The position numbers and the translations under genes are program-made. From Octopus bimaculoides (lineage: Eukaryota): a DNA stretch of 64,000 nucleotides. The stretch lies in NCBI RefSeq assembly GCF_001194135.2, contig NC_068987.1:98405057-98469056 (forward strand). The letters are read 5' to 3'. Below are positions 50,878 to 64,000 of this stretch, in pieces. The notes under the pieces are model-generated. The model was not told where the DNA came from. It ran no database searches and saw nothing but the letters and a program-made list of their open reading frames with translations. Each line of letters starts with the position of its first letter. The stretch's first letter is position 1.

Positions 50878-51710
50878 TATATATATTAATGATGATCAGG
50901 AGAACGGAGATTTTCCACATCTATAATTAAATTAGACATTTATTTGCAGTATTCTTTCGTGAACCTACGCGCGTTTCAACTTCTTCGACTGCAGCCTGTT
51001 AGATGTACATCCCGGTATCACCAAAGTTTCGCTGTGGTTGGCCGACATATAAAACCGATTGAAGAGGAAACACGGTAGCCGTTAGGATCATATGTCCCTT
51101 TCAACTCATTTTTGTATGCATGTATATATATAAAAAGAATATCCAAGAATATCCAAGGATGGAGAGAAGATAGAAAAAAAAAACGGAGAGAAAAATACCT
51201 GACTGGATTAACGGTTGCACAGGTATGTATGTATCTATGTATGTGTATGGATGTATGCACACACGTACACACACACATATATATATGTATACACATATAT
51301 ATATATATACACATATATATATAAATATATATGTATTTATATAAATAAATATCTACATATGTATACATAGATACATATATATGAATATATATATATATAT
51401 ATANNNNNNNNNNNNNNNNNNNNNNNNNNNNNNNNNNNNNNNNNNNNNNNNNNNNNNNNNNNNNNNNNNNNNNNNNNNNNNNNNNNNNNNNNNNNNNNNN
51501 NNNNNNNNNNNNNNNNNNNNNNNNNNNNNNNNNNNNNNNNNNNNNNNNNNNNNNNNNNNNNNNNNNNNNNNNNNNNNNNNNNNNNNNNNNNNNNNNNNNN
51601 NNNNNNNNNNNNNNNNNNNNNNNNNNNNNNNNNNNNNNNNNNNNNNNNNNNNNNNNNNNNNNNNNNNNNNNNNNNNNNNNNNNNNNNNNNNNNNNNNNNN
51701 NNNNNNNNNN

Positions 51711-51774
<64 letters not shown>

Positions 51775-52272
51775 TGTTTATTCGTGTGAGTACGTGCATG
51801 ATAACGTCAAACATATATATGATCTCAAGGGATCTGTTATAGACGAGAGTGCTTAACCTGTCTGTATGTTGTCTTGAGATTGAAGTGCTCAGATTTTTTA
51901 GACGAATGCTGCGTTGGTGGTTGGGAGGGCTTCTATAAGGTCAGTGTGTGAGTAATTTGAGCCGGGTTGAAAAGTGCTATTTCCATTTGACTGGGCATAT
52001 ACGAAATGTTCTGAAACGGATCCTAGCAACAGAGCAATTGATACTCAATGTAAATTGCTATATTTTAAACATAGTTATGAAACTGTGTGTTAGTGTATGT
52101 AAGTTTATGTACATATAACTAGTCAGTGCTTGTTTATATAAACATACACACGCACACAAACAAATACACACGCGCACACACACACCCATATGTATACACA
52201 GATACTTGCTTACATACATGTGTATATATATAAGCATACATGTATGTATGCACATATATATGTATAGATATG

Positions 52273-52309
<37 letters not shown>

Positions 52310-53271
52310 ATTTATATATNNNNNNNNNNNNNNNNNNNNNNNNNNNNNNNNNNNNNNNNNNNNNNNNNNNNNNNNNNNNNNNNNNNNNNNNNNNNNNNNN
52401 NNNNNNNNNNNNNNNNNNNNNNNNNNNNNNNNNNNNNNNNNNNNNNNNNNNNNNNNNNNNNNNNNNNNNNNNNNNNNNNNNNNNNNNNNNNNNNNNNNNN
52501 NNNNNNNNNNNNNNNNNNNNNNNNNNNNNNNNNNNNNNNNNNNNNNNNNNNNNNNNNNNNNNNNNNNNNNNNNNNNNNNNNNNNNNNNNNNNNNNNNNNN
52601 NNNNNNNNNNNNNNNNNNNNNNNNNNNNNNNNNNNNNNNNNNNNNNNNNNNNNNNNNNNNNNNNNNNNNNNNNNNNNNNNNNNNNNNNNNNNNNNNNNNN
52701 NNNNNNNNNNNNNNNNNNNNNNNNNNNNNNNNNNNNNNNNNNNNNNNNNNNNNNNNNNNNNNNNNNNNNNNNNNNNNNNNNNNNNNNNNNNNNNNNNNNN
52801 NNNNNNNNNNNNNNNNNNNNNNNNNNNNNNNNNNNNNNNNNNNNNNNNNNNNNNNNNNNNNNNNNNNNNNNNNNNNNNNNNNNNNNNNNNNNNNNNNNNN
52901 NNNNNNNNNNNNNNNNNNNNNNNNNNNNNNNNNNNNNNNNNNNNNNNNNNNNNNNNNNNNNNNNNNNNNNNNNNNNNNNNNNNNNNNNNNNNNNNNNNNN
53001 NNNNNNNNNNNNNNNNNNNNNNNNNNNNNNNNNNNNNNNNNNNNNNNNNNNNNNNNNNNNNNNNNNNNNNNNNNNNNNNNNNNNNNNNNNNNNNNNNNNN
53101 NNNNNNNNNNNNNNNNNNNNNNNNNNNNNNNNNNNNNNNNNNNNNNNNNNNNNNNNNNNNNNNNNNNNNNNNNNNNNNNNNNNNNNNNNNNNNNNNNNNN
53201 NNNNNNNNNNNNNNNNNNNNNNNNNNNNNNNNNNNNNNNNNNNNNNNNNNNNNNNNNNNNNNNNNNTATAT

Positions 53272-53302
<31 letters not shown>

Positions 53303-54350
53303 CAGAGTGAGAGAGAGAGGAAGAGAGAGAGAGAGATAAGTTACAAACAGATATGATTACATACAAAATGATGAAATACATCAATCATGCATATTTAATC
53401 GTCTAAAATATGCGATCAATTAAATATGCATAATTGAGTCATGCCGTTCTATTTGAAACTTACTTATCTTATTAAATAACAAATAAAACCTCACCCTTTT
53501 GTGTTTTCCTATTATACTCTGTGGATATATACTGCATTTATTCGGCGTTCTAGCTTCGAATATACGAAATGTAATGGTAAAGAAAAAGGAATTTACAGCT
53601 TGCGTGGATTAGTATGCCATTTACTGGACAATTTAATCGGGCGGGTTTGATCTCTACAGAGTGCTATTATTTATTTATCAGTGTTTTTCAGTTCCTTTTT
53701 CCTCCATTATGTATGCATTCATGTATGTATGTATGTGTGTATGTACGTATGTATGTATGTATGTATGTATGCTTATGTATATATATATATATAAATATAA
53801 ATGAGTAACAAAGATGTACAGGTGTCAATTCATTACGGCCGTTTCAAGCGGCTCCTTTAAATGATTACTGAAAACATTACTTCAATTTGAAACATAAAGG
53901 ATATAATCATTTTTAAAACGTATTTACATCAATAATGTAACTTAAAATATTTACCTTATTTCTTTTGTCATATTTGTGGCAGAATGAGTTTAGAAAATAA
54001 TGCATACCACGTCAAGCCTACTATAATTTAGAGAGTAGTAGAGGAAATTGTGAGAGCCAGGATAAAAAGAGTGGTGACGAAATGAATTGACACCAGCACA
54101 TCTTTGGTACTCATTTATATTCTGTTCTTCTAACTTGGAATCTGCACTTCGGAAATACTATAGAAATTACCTTTATAAAGGTACATATCTGAATAGCCAA
54201 GAGCAGATATTTTCACTTAGCAGGGAATACCAGGTGCAAACACCCCTGCACGGAGTATTTTTATTCAATATAGAATTAGTATTGTTTGGGTGTGCGGATT
54301 ATACCGACCTCGCAAGGTGCCTCAATTTAAGTACCTAATTCAACTGAATC

Positions 54351-54393
<43 letters not shown>

Positions 54394-54401
54394 CTCTCTA
54401 A

Positions 54402-54432
<31 letters not shown>

Positions 54433-55225
54433 NNNNNNNNNNNNNNNNNNNNNNNNNNNNNNNNNNNNNNNNNNNNNNNNNNNNNNNNNNNNNNNNNNNN
54501 NNNNNNNNNNNNNNNNNNNNNNNNNNNNNNNNNNNNNNNNNNNNNNNNNNNNNNNNNNNNNNNNNNNNNNNNNNNNNNNNNNNNNNNNNNNNNNNNNNNN
54601 NNNNNNNNNNNNNNNNNNNNNNNNNNNNNNNNNNNNNNNNNNNNNNNNNNNNNNNNNNNNNNNNNNNNNNNNNNNNNNNNNNNNNNNNNNNNNNNNNNNN
54701 NNNNNNNNNNNNNNNNNNNNNNNNNNNNNNNNNNNNNNNNNNNNNNNNNNNNNNNNNNNNNNNNNNNNNNNNNNNNNNNNNNNNNNNNNNNNNNNNNNNN
54801 NNNNNNNNNNNNNNNNNNNNNNNNNNNNNNNNNNNNNNNNNNNNNNNNNNNNNNNNNNNNNNNNNNNNNNNNNNNNNNNNNNNNNNNNNNNNNNNNNNNN
54901 NNNNNNNNNNNNNNNNNNNNNNNNNNNNNNNNNNNNNNNNNNNNNNNNNNNNNNNNNNNNNNNNNNNNNNNNNNNNNNNNNNNNNNNNNNNNNNNNNNNN
55001 NNNNNNNNNNNNNNNNNNNNNNNNNNNNNNNNNNNNNNNNNNNNNNNNNNNNNNNNNNNNNNNNNNNNNNNNNNNNNNNNNNNNNNNNNNNNNNNNNNNN
55101 NNNNNNNNNNNNNNNNNNNNNNNNNNNNNNNNNNNNNNNNNNNNNNNNNNNNNNNNNNNNNNNNNNNNNNNNNNNNNNNNNNNNNNNNNNNNNNNNNNNN
55201 NNNNNNNNNNNNNNNNNNNNNNNNN

Positions 55226-55261
<36 letters not shown>

Positions 55262-56134
55262 GCATAAATATTCTTACACAAGTATTCGTGCACAAACACA
55301 ATAGCACACACATATACGATGGGCATCTGCACTGCTTCTGTCGACCAAGTTAATTCACAAGACACTGGCCAGCTCCGAGCTATACAAAGATACACTTATT
55401 CGAGCACTTTGCTGCAGGACTGGACTCCAAGCTCTTGTGTTCCGAATATTTTCATATTCCAGACAGACATTCACACACATGAATAGCCACATACGCCCAC
55501 GCTCAAGTGTACCCACGCGTACGCAGTCACACATATGCATATGTATCAGATAACCAAACATGAGACATACACGACAGGATAGCTCATAATTAGCCTTGTA
55601 ATGTATTCACTGAAAGTTCGCGCGAAATATTCATATTAAGTAGAGTTTGGAAATATGTTTTTGACGCCACGGGTAATGTAAGTAAATATGGCATGCATAC
55701 AATAATTTTAATCTAAATTTTTATCTAATATTTTGGTGCTTATACAAAATGATGGAATGAAGACTGAATTTCAAAAGAAAAATATTAATTAGCCAAAAAT
55801 ATAATTAAGACAATATTCAAAATTTAAAATAATATGAAAACAAAATTACTCTTAGTGTTGATTTTGTATTATGGAATTTCATCCTATATGTGTGGGTGTG
55901 CGCTTGTTTTATATATATGAATATATATGTGTGTGTGTGTGTGCGTGTGTGTGTATAAATATGTATATATATGTATGTATATATATATATATATATGCAT
56001 ATATATACACATACATACATATATATATACATACATGCGTGCACACACATATATATCTACATACATATATACAAAGATATATATATATATGCATAAACGC
56101 ACACTTAAATATACATATATATATTCCATAGATA

Positions 56135-56292
56135 CACAGGCGTGGCTGTGTGTTAAGAAGCTTGTTTCCCAACCACATGGTTCTGGTTCAGTCCTTTGTG
56201 TCGTACCTTGGGCAACTGTATTCTACTATAACCTCACTCCAAACTAAGCCTTGTGAGTGAATTTTGTAGACAGAACTTGAAAGGAGTCTGTC

Positions 56293-56293
<1 letters not shown>
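56135..56293 (+). mobile_element. SINE family 1, 5' half (runs into a gap)
   Basis: GCGTGGCTGTGTGTTAAG..GGTTCAGTCC..CCTTGGGCAA..CCTTGTGAGTG. Confidence 0.8.
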
Positions 56294-56346
<53 letters not shown>

Positions 56347-57280
56347 NNNNNNNNNNNNNNNNNNNNNNNNNNNNNNNNNNNNNNNNNNNNNNNNNNNNNN
56401 NNNNNNNNNNNNNNNNNNNNNNNNNNNNNNNNNNNNNNNNNNNNNNNNNNNNNNNNNNNNNNNNNNNNNNNNNNNNNNNNNNNNNNNNNNNNNNNNNNNN
56501 NNNNNNNNNNNNNNNNNNNNNNNNNNNNNNNNNNNNNNNNNNNNNNNNNNNNNNNNNNNNNNNNNNNNNNNNNNNNNNNNNNNNNNNNNNNNNNNNNNNN
56601 NNNNNNNNNNNNNNNNNNNNNNNNNNNNNNNNNNNNNNNNNNNNNNNNNNNNNNNNNNNNNNNNNNNNNNNNNNNNNNNNNNNNNNNNNNNNNNNNNNNN
56701 NNNNNNNNNNNNNNNNNNNNNNNNNNNNNNNNNNNNNNNNNNNNNNNNNNNNNNNNNNNNNNNNNNNNNNNNNNNNNNNNNNNNNNNNNNNNNNNNNNNN
56801 NNNNNNNNNNNNNNNNNNNNNNNNNNNNNNNNNNNNNNNNNNNNNNNNNNNNNNNNNNNNNNNNNNNNNNNNNNNNNNNNNNNNNNNNNNNNNNNNNNNN
56901 NNNNNNNNNNNNNNNNNNNNNNNNNNNNNNNNNNNNNNNNNNNNNNNNNNNNNNNNNNNNNNNNNNNNNNNNNNNNNNNNNNNNNNNNNNNNNNNNNNNN
57001 NNNNNNNNNNNNNNNNNNNNNNNNNNNNNNNNNNNNNNNNNNNNNNNNNNNNNNNNNNNNNNNNNNNNNNNNNNNNNNNNNNNNNNNNNNNNNNNNNNNN
57101 NNNNNNNNNNNNNNNNNNNNNNNNNNNNNNNNNNNNNNNNNNNNNNNNNNNNNNNNNNNNNNNNNNNNNNNNNNNNNNNNNNNNNNNNNNNNNNNNNNNN
57201 NNNNNNNNNNNNNNNNNNNNNNNNNNNNNNNNNNNNNNNNNNNNNNNNNNNNNNNNNNNNNNNNNNNNNNNNNNNNNNNT

Positions 57281-57483
57281 ATAGGCACAAGGCCCGAAAT
57301 TTGTGGGGAGGAGGTCAGTCGATTAGATCGACCCCAGAACGCAACTAGTACTTAATTTATCGACCCCGAAAGAATGAAAGGCAAAGTCCACCTCAACGGA
57401 ATTTGAACTCAGAATGCAAAAATGGACAAAATGCCGCTAAGCATTTTGCCCGGCGTGCTAACGTTTTTGCCAGCTCGGCGCCT
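57281..57483 (-). mobile_element. SINE family 2 copy
   Basis: Full unit GGCACAAGGCCCGAAATT...GCTCGGCGCC. Confidence 0.9.
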
Positions 57484-57949
57484 TAAACAGAATAAGTATT
57501 AAAAATTAGAAAAATCAATACAAATAAGAAAACGAAATTAAATACACTTATATATGTACTAATAAAACAAGACTATAATAAAAGCATAAAAGAACTCCCA
57601 CCACACAGACCCTTATTATTTGCACCCTTGGAGAAAATAAGCGTATAATATTTGCACTGAGTAACTTAATTAGGTACTGCAGGGATTTAGAGTTATAACA
57701 CTACATGTTGCATGTGTGTGTGTGTGTGAGCATGTGTGTGTGTGTGTGTGTATGTGTGTGTGTGAGCGTGTGTGTTTGTGTGTGTGTGTGTGTGTAAGTG
57801 TGTAATTGTATGCATGTGTGTGTTTGGAAGTGCATGTCGTGTGCACATATCGACTACGAATATATAACTATATCACATATATGTACGTATGTGTGTCAGA
57901 CAAATATCTAACTATGTATGTATATCTATCTATCTATCTTTCCCTTTTC

Positions 57950-58034
<85 letters not shown>

Positions 58035-58899
58035 CACACATTTATNNNNNNNNNNNNNNNNNNNNNNNNNNNNNNNNNNNNNNNNNNNNNNNNNNNNNNN
58101 NNNNNNNNNNNNNNNNNNNNNNNNNNNNNNNNNNNNNNNNNNNNNNNNNNNNNNNNNNNNNNNNNNNNNNNNNNNNNNNNNNNNNNNNNNNNNNNNNNNN
58201 NNNNNNNNNNNNNNNNNNNNNNNNNNNNNNNNNNNNNNNNNNNNNNNNNNNNNNNNNNNNNNNNNNNNNNNNNNNNNNNNNNNNNNNNNNNNNNNNNNNN
58301 NNNNNNNNNNNNNNNNNNNNNNNNNNNNNNNNNNNNNNNNNNNNNNNNNNNNNNNNNNNNNNNNNNNNNNNNNNNNNNNNNNNNNNNNNNNNNNNNNNNN
58401 NNNNNNNNNNNNNNNNNNNNNNNNNNNNNNNNNNNNNNNNNNNNNNNNNNNNNNNNNNNNNNNNNNNNNNNNNNNNNNNNNNNNNNNNNNNNNNNNNNNN
58501 NNNNNNNNNNNNNNNNNNNNNNNNNNNNNNNNNNNNNNNNNNNNNNNNNNNNNNNNNNNNNNNNNNNNNNNNNNNNNNNNNNNNNNNNNNNNNNNNNNNN
58601 NNNNNNNNNNNNNNNNNNNNNNNNNNNNNNNNNNNNNNNNNNNNNNNNNNNNNNNNNNNNNNNNNNNNNNNNNNNNNNNNNNNNNNNNNNNNNNNNNNNN
58701 NNNNNNNNNNNNNNNNNNNNNNNNNNNNNNNNNNNNNNNNNNNNNNNNNNNNNNNNNNNNNNNNNNNNNNNNNNNNNNNNNNNNNNNNNNNNNNNNNNNN
58801 NNNNNNNNNNNNNNNNNNNNNNNNNNNNNNNNNNNNNNNNNNNNNNNNNNNNNNNNNNNNNNNNNNNNNNNNNNNNNNNNNNNNNNNNNNNNNNNNNNN

Positions 58900-58930
<31 letters not shown>

Positions 58931-58939
58931 ATATATATA

Positions 58940-59135
58940 TGGGATAATGTACGAAGAAAAAAACAACAAAAGACGAGGACAGGTGGTGTAAACAATAAAA
59001 GGATGAATTAGTTTAACGCTCTGGAATACAGAAAGTCTTTAACGTTTCAAGCTACGCTCTTCAACAGAAAGAATGCGGAGAAAACAAGGCGAAAAACACG
59101 GAGAAAAAAAATTGAATGGTTTGGTCAGCGATCTA
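58940..59135 (-). mobile_element. PLE terminal-repeat copy, inverted relative to 60270-60470
   Basis: Its reverse complement aligns by eye with 60270-60470, including TTTCTGTTGAAGAGCGTAG(G)CT(C/T)GAAAC(G/A)TTAAAGA. Confidence 0.7.
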
Positions 59136-59155
59136 TCATGGCTTCTACATATATG

Positions 59156-59197
<42 letters not shown>

Positions 59198-59289
59198 CAT
59201 ACTTACATACACGCGCGTGCGCACACACACGCACACGCGCGCACGCACATACACACACACACACTCACACACACACGCACACACATATA

Positions 59290-59650
59290 ATTTTATTCTT
59301 CTATATGCTTCAGGTCTAAGTCTTTATCCGTCGTTGAGCACCGCCAGTGTAATCACCTTTTCAATGGCCAATCTTATGTGACTGCTTTGGTGACGGAGGG
59401 AGTTCGACATTGCTGCCCTCTTTTGAGTTTCATGCCGTTTTTATAAATCCATCTGGGACCTTGGATAGTAGGAATTCAAGTTGTTTCTTTAAAACATCTA
59501 CCCCTACTCCATGAACATCCCTCTGATGGTTTGGCAAGGTGTTAAATAGCTGTGAACCTCTTAATCGTAAGCTATTGCAGTACATAGTCCTCACTGTAGA
59601 CGAAATTGCTGGGGCCTTTGGAACAGCGTAGCAACGTCCAGTCGGAGGTG
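59290..59650 (-). mobile_element. CR1/L2-group LINE 3' end
   Basis: GRCYAVPK..TMYCNSLRLRGSQLFNTLPNHQRDVHGVGVDVLKKQLEFLLSKVPD..RAAMSNSLRHQ, then a short 3' UTR and an A-rich tail. Confidence 0.8.
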
Positions 59651-60269
59651 GTGTAGCTCCCGATACACACAAACAAACACATATATATTAGCGTCACTAT
59701 TTATTGCACGTTTCTTTGCCGTTGTTATTCTGCGTCGTTTACTTATATTCTATATTAGACATGTCAATTTATCGCTAATGATTTATCGAGCAATACGTCA
59801 AATCATGCACCATATTAAACCAGTGAGGATTTATTTAACAGACGTATGCTACGGTTGTACCGAAAGTAATGCGCCAATTGATATAACCTTTTAGTGACTG
59901 ACAAAGGTTGTACAAATTGCTCACATTGGTATGATTAACGCTTCGTCTACAGAAACTCTTCTGTTTTTCTTTTTCTTTCTTTTCTGTTGCTGGTAACCAG
60001 CGAAACCGAAGTAGAAATAAAGCTCCGTTAGTCAGTTCTTGAAGGAAGGATGGAAGCAGTCCAACATGTACGGAAAGAAAAAGTTTAAAAATCATACCAC
60101 CGACAATCTCAACGTGCAGAGATTGGATGAAAGAAGGGTAAAACTGTATCGATGAAAACCTACGCAGTGAGACTACATCAAATGCAAACCCTGAGACGAA
60201 TCGCCTGGAAAACTGCGATCAAACGCTTCATATGAGTATTTTGAATACTCATTTCGATTTTTCTTGATT

Positions 60270-60801
60270 AACGAGATCATGATTGACCGCTAAATCCACA
60301 AGTTTTTTTTTTTTAATCTCTCTGTTTATTTCCTCATATTCCTTTCTGTTGAAGAGCGTAGGCTCGAAACATTAAAGATTTTCTCACTTTCCTGAGCGAC
60401 AAACTAACACACCTGTTTGTTGTTCATACTGCTGCCTTCATTTTTTTATTTTTCTGCAAATTCCAACTATATATATAGTTGGAATCTAGTAATCAGAAAA
60501 AAACCGAAGATAATCAATCTCTCAACCAAACCTCTCTCAAGCATAAAAATAGACATCCTCTCAAAAGGGCTAAAATTCACCCCAACTCCACGCAGAGCCA
60601 ACCAAAATGAAGTGAAGGACAGTATAACAGAATTCTGTAGAAAATTAAGACTCACAGAAGCATTTACCAATCACAACATTGAAGATGACTCACTAGTCAA
60701 AAACAAAAGTGAGCACATCCCACACAAAGGTAGAAATAAAAATCTAGATGAATTCTGCAACCACATCGAGAACTTCCCATTTCTCAAAATACAATGTTTA
60801 T
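60270..60801 (+). mobile_element. Penelope-like element 5' end: terminal repeat plus N-terminal ORF (continues into a 1-kb gap)
   Basis: IINLSTKPLSSIKIDILSKGLKFTPTP..ITEFCRKLRLTEAF, open up to the gap. NLS....(L)SKGL.F.PTP..F.R.LRL..F is the typical PLE N-terminal motif. Preceded by the hammerhead-like repeat at 60343-60378. Confidence 0.85.
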
Positions 60802-61886
60802 NNNNNNNNNNNNNNNNNNNNNNNNNNNNNNNNNNNNNNNNNNNNNNNNNNNNNNNNNNNNNNNNNNNNNNNNNNNNNNNNNNNNNNNNNNNNNNNNNNN
60901 NNNNNNNNNNNNNNNNNNNNNNNNNNNNNNNNNNNNNNNNNNNNNNNNNNNNNNNNNNNNNNNNNNNNNNNNNNNNNNNNNNNNNNNNNNNNNNNNNNNN
61001 NNNNNNNNNNNNNNNNNNNNNNNNNNNNNNNNNNNNNNNNNNNNNNNNNNNNNNNNNNNNNNNNNNNNNNNNNNNNNNNNNNNNNNNNNNNNNNNNNNNN
61101 NNNNNNNNNNNNNNNNNNNNNNNNNNNNNNNNNNNNNNNNNNNNNNNNNNNNNNNNNNNNNNNNNNNNNNNNNNNNNNNNNNNNNNNNNNNNNNNNNNNN
61201 NNNNNNNNNNNNNNNNNNNNNNNNNNNNNNNNNNNNNNNNNNNNNNNNNNNNNNNNNNNNNNNNNNNNNNNNNNNNNNNNNNNNNNNNNNNNNNNNNNNN
61301 NNNNNNNNNNNNNNNNNNNNNNNNNNNNNNNNNNNNNNNNNNNNNNNNNNNNNNNNNNNNNNNNNNNNNNNNNNNNNNNNNNNNNNNNNNNNNNNNNNNN
61401 NNNNNNNNNNNNNNNNNNNNNNNNNNNNNNNNNNNNNNNNNNNNNNNNNNNNNNNNNNNNNNNNNNNNNNNNNNNNNNNNNNNNNNNNNNNNNNNNNNNN
61501 NNNNNNNNNNNNNNNNNNNNNNNNNNNNNNNNNNNNNNNNNNNNNNNNNNNNNNNNNNNNNNNNNNNNNNNNNNNNNNNNNNNNNNNNNNNNNNNNNNNN
61601 NNNNNNNNNNNNNNNNNNNNNNNNNNNNNNNNNNNNNNNNNNNNNNNNNNNNNNNNNNNNNNNNNNNNNNNNNNNNNNNNNNNNNNNNNNNNNNNNNNNN
61701 NNNNNNNNNNNNNNNNNNNNNNNNNNNNNNNNNNNNNNNNNNNNNNNNNNNNNNNNNNNNNNNNNNNNNNNNNNNNNNNNNNNNNNNNNNNNNNNTTATT
61801 GACGAGAATAGATTCGGTGTTAGGACAAACTTCACTTGAAAATTATTTGGAATATAAAATGCAAACTCAAAAGCAGAGATGAGAGT

Positions 61887-62097
61887 TTCTATTCTTGGCA
61901 CAAGGCCCGAAATTTTTAAGGAAGGGGCCAGTCGATTAGATCGATCCCAGTACGCAACTGATACTTAATTTATCGACCCCGAAAGAATGAAAGGCAAAGT
62001 CGAACATGGCGGAATTTGAACTCAGAACGTAAAGACAGACGAAATACCGCTAAGCATTTCGCCCGGCGTGCTAACGTTTCTGCTAGCTCACCGCCTT
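61887..62097 (-). mobile_element. SINE family 2, well-conserved copy
   Basis: Full unit with B box GAGTTCAAATTCC on the minus strand. Confidence 0.92.
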
Positions 62098-62961
62098 CAA
62101 TATTTAACAATTACAAGACCACCATTTATAAAGCAAATATTGGCTAAGCGCATCGCTTGGCGTTAACGCATCCTACTCCCAAACGTTAACTCCGCTTCTG
62201 GGCTCTTGCCAAGTAGATCTGTAATAACTTTGAAGATTGATAAAAAGCCCACCACTCCTTAAATAAGATAGTTTTGTAAGCAATGAGCCTGCAAGCAATC
62301 CAATGCATTTACTGTAAATGTTCCCTCACCCACTTCCACATTAACCCCATCCACGATAATTCTATGTAAATAATCGTCTGCGACTCCAATTTGACAGGTG
62401 TAGCCTCTACTTGATATATCATTTTTCTAGAACTAATATCCAGATCATCCTCAGATTACACATTAGCTTCGTATAAAAGAATAAATGATAATATGGTCCA
62501 ACGTGGGCTTCGCCACGGAAAAAGATAGAATGGTACTAAACGGAATGGTTTTTATTTTCTCTAACATAGGTCGACTCAATCACCACTGAGCTGGGACTAT
62601 ACAACACCATCCACATTATCTTGCATCGATCTTGATCCAATGAGGCAGCGATTCTCGGCGTAATCACTAGCAAATTTCCATTAGCTCTCATTTTAGAAGC
62701 TGAAAAGAAGGCATGTTTTTGCGGTGATTCAATAAAATATAGTCATATCTTAGCTGTAACTTGACGGTTTGTTTGATCGACCGGGGAGTGATTTTGTGAC
62801 TACATGACAACAAGACTATCTCTCGTCACTATACTCCTCCACAAGACAACGCGACCAAGCTGTCTTCACACTATGAAACATCCAACATTGATGTCACAGA
62901 TATGCTTATACATTCAAACATACATACATACACACACACATATTTAAATACATACATGCAT

Positions 62962-62989
<28 letters not shown>

Positions 62990-63006
<17 letters not shown>

Positions 63007-64000
63007 AGCATATTTGTGATGGTGGTGGTGGTAGTGTTGGTGTCAAGGGTAATAAAAATGATGATGATGACGACTACGGCGACTGTGGTGACGGCGGCAG
63101 CGGCAGTGACGATGATGATAATAATGATGATGTTGATGATGTTGATGCAAATTTTCATTATCATATTCATGCTGAAAGGAAGAGAATAATAGCAATGGTG
63201 TTGATGGTTGTAGAACGGAGTACCATGTGGCTTTTGGGGTTACAAAGATGGCTGATCTGGTTGGGGAAATGTCGCTCAGGATTGTTGAGTGGGGTTGATG
63301 TCAGTCTTGTATCATTCGTGAAATAAATTTTACGAGAGTGAAACAAAAGTTTCATTGTTGTAAAGTTGTCAAAATGCCTTGATGAAGATGGAAGGATGAT
63401 GAAGTGAAAGGTCATCTGCGAAGAAAATGGTAACGAATTTGTCAGTGTCGCTGTTGACACTAGGTGCGTGTGTGGAGCGCTGAATTGGGAGTGGGGCGGG
63501 GATCATGATATTTCGGAAATTTCTTTTAACGTTTACAAAAAAATCAAGAAAGACGAGCATAGACCTTAAATAACAATATCAAATAATAGGGGTAACAACA
63601 ATAAACAACAACGATAGGAAATGCAGTATCAACTATTAGAAGTCTACAAAACCAGCAATTGAGTTAGAAATAAGTATAAACGGCAACAGAACTAAAGCTA
63701 AAACAACTATTAATACAAAAGAAAAACATAATCGATAAGGACAACAAATGCAATCAACGTGACTCACTACTGCCGTAAAGGCAAGCAAGAACACGAACAA
63801 AATAGCACCAACAACAACGGCAAAATTAACCACAATATTAACGCAAAAATAATAGCACAATAACAATGCTGCAACGCACAGGATGGCATCAATAACAACC
63901 ACAACAACCCAACAATACAGCGGAGCATAAAGAGAAGTAACAAAAGCATCTGTAAAATTAAAAATATATCAATCAACATAACAAATGTCAACCGTTATAT
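62990..64000. repeat. Degenerate (GAT/GGT/AAC)-rich low-complexity tracts
   Basis: Visible triplet-biased sequence at 63010-63170 and 63590-64000. Confidence 0.7.

Noticed and set aside
62200-62760. Complex-looking sequence examined for coding potential
   Set aside because: The frames I translated contain stops and no recognisable domain.

Overview
AT-rich, microsatellite-dense animal genomic DNA with 16 N-gaps. The SINE families and repeat landscape point to an octopus, probably an Octopus draft scaffold (inferred, not proven). I can support no intact protein-coding gene. Most ORFs in the supplied track are artefacts of N-gaps or dinucleotide repeats. Recognisable content is mostly decayed mobile DNA: Penelope-like element (PLE) pieces (GIY-YIG endonuclease, RT, N-terminal ORF, terminal repeats), an R4/Dong-type LINE, HERO-type and CR1/L2-group LINE 3' ends, an internally deleted SPIN/GTF2IRD2-type hAT, a Helitron Rep fragment with candidate termini, a mariner 5' end, tiny MITE-like hairpins and about 15 tRNA-derived SINEs. 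A probable decayed multi-Tudor sequence lies at about 41.4-43.6 kb on the minus strand. The most notable hidden signal is at RNA level: seven minimal type-I hammerhead-ribozyme-like motifs from several sequence families. Some sit in long foldback structures, and one family carries an unusual CUGUUGA core in both copies.
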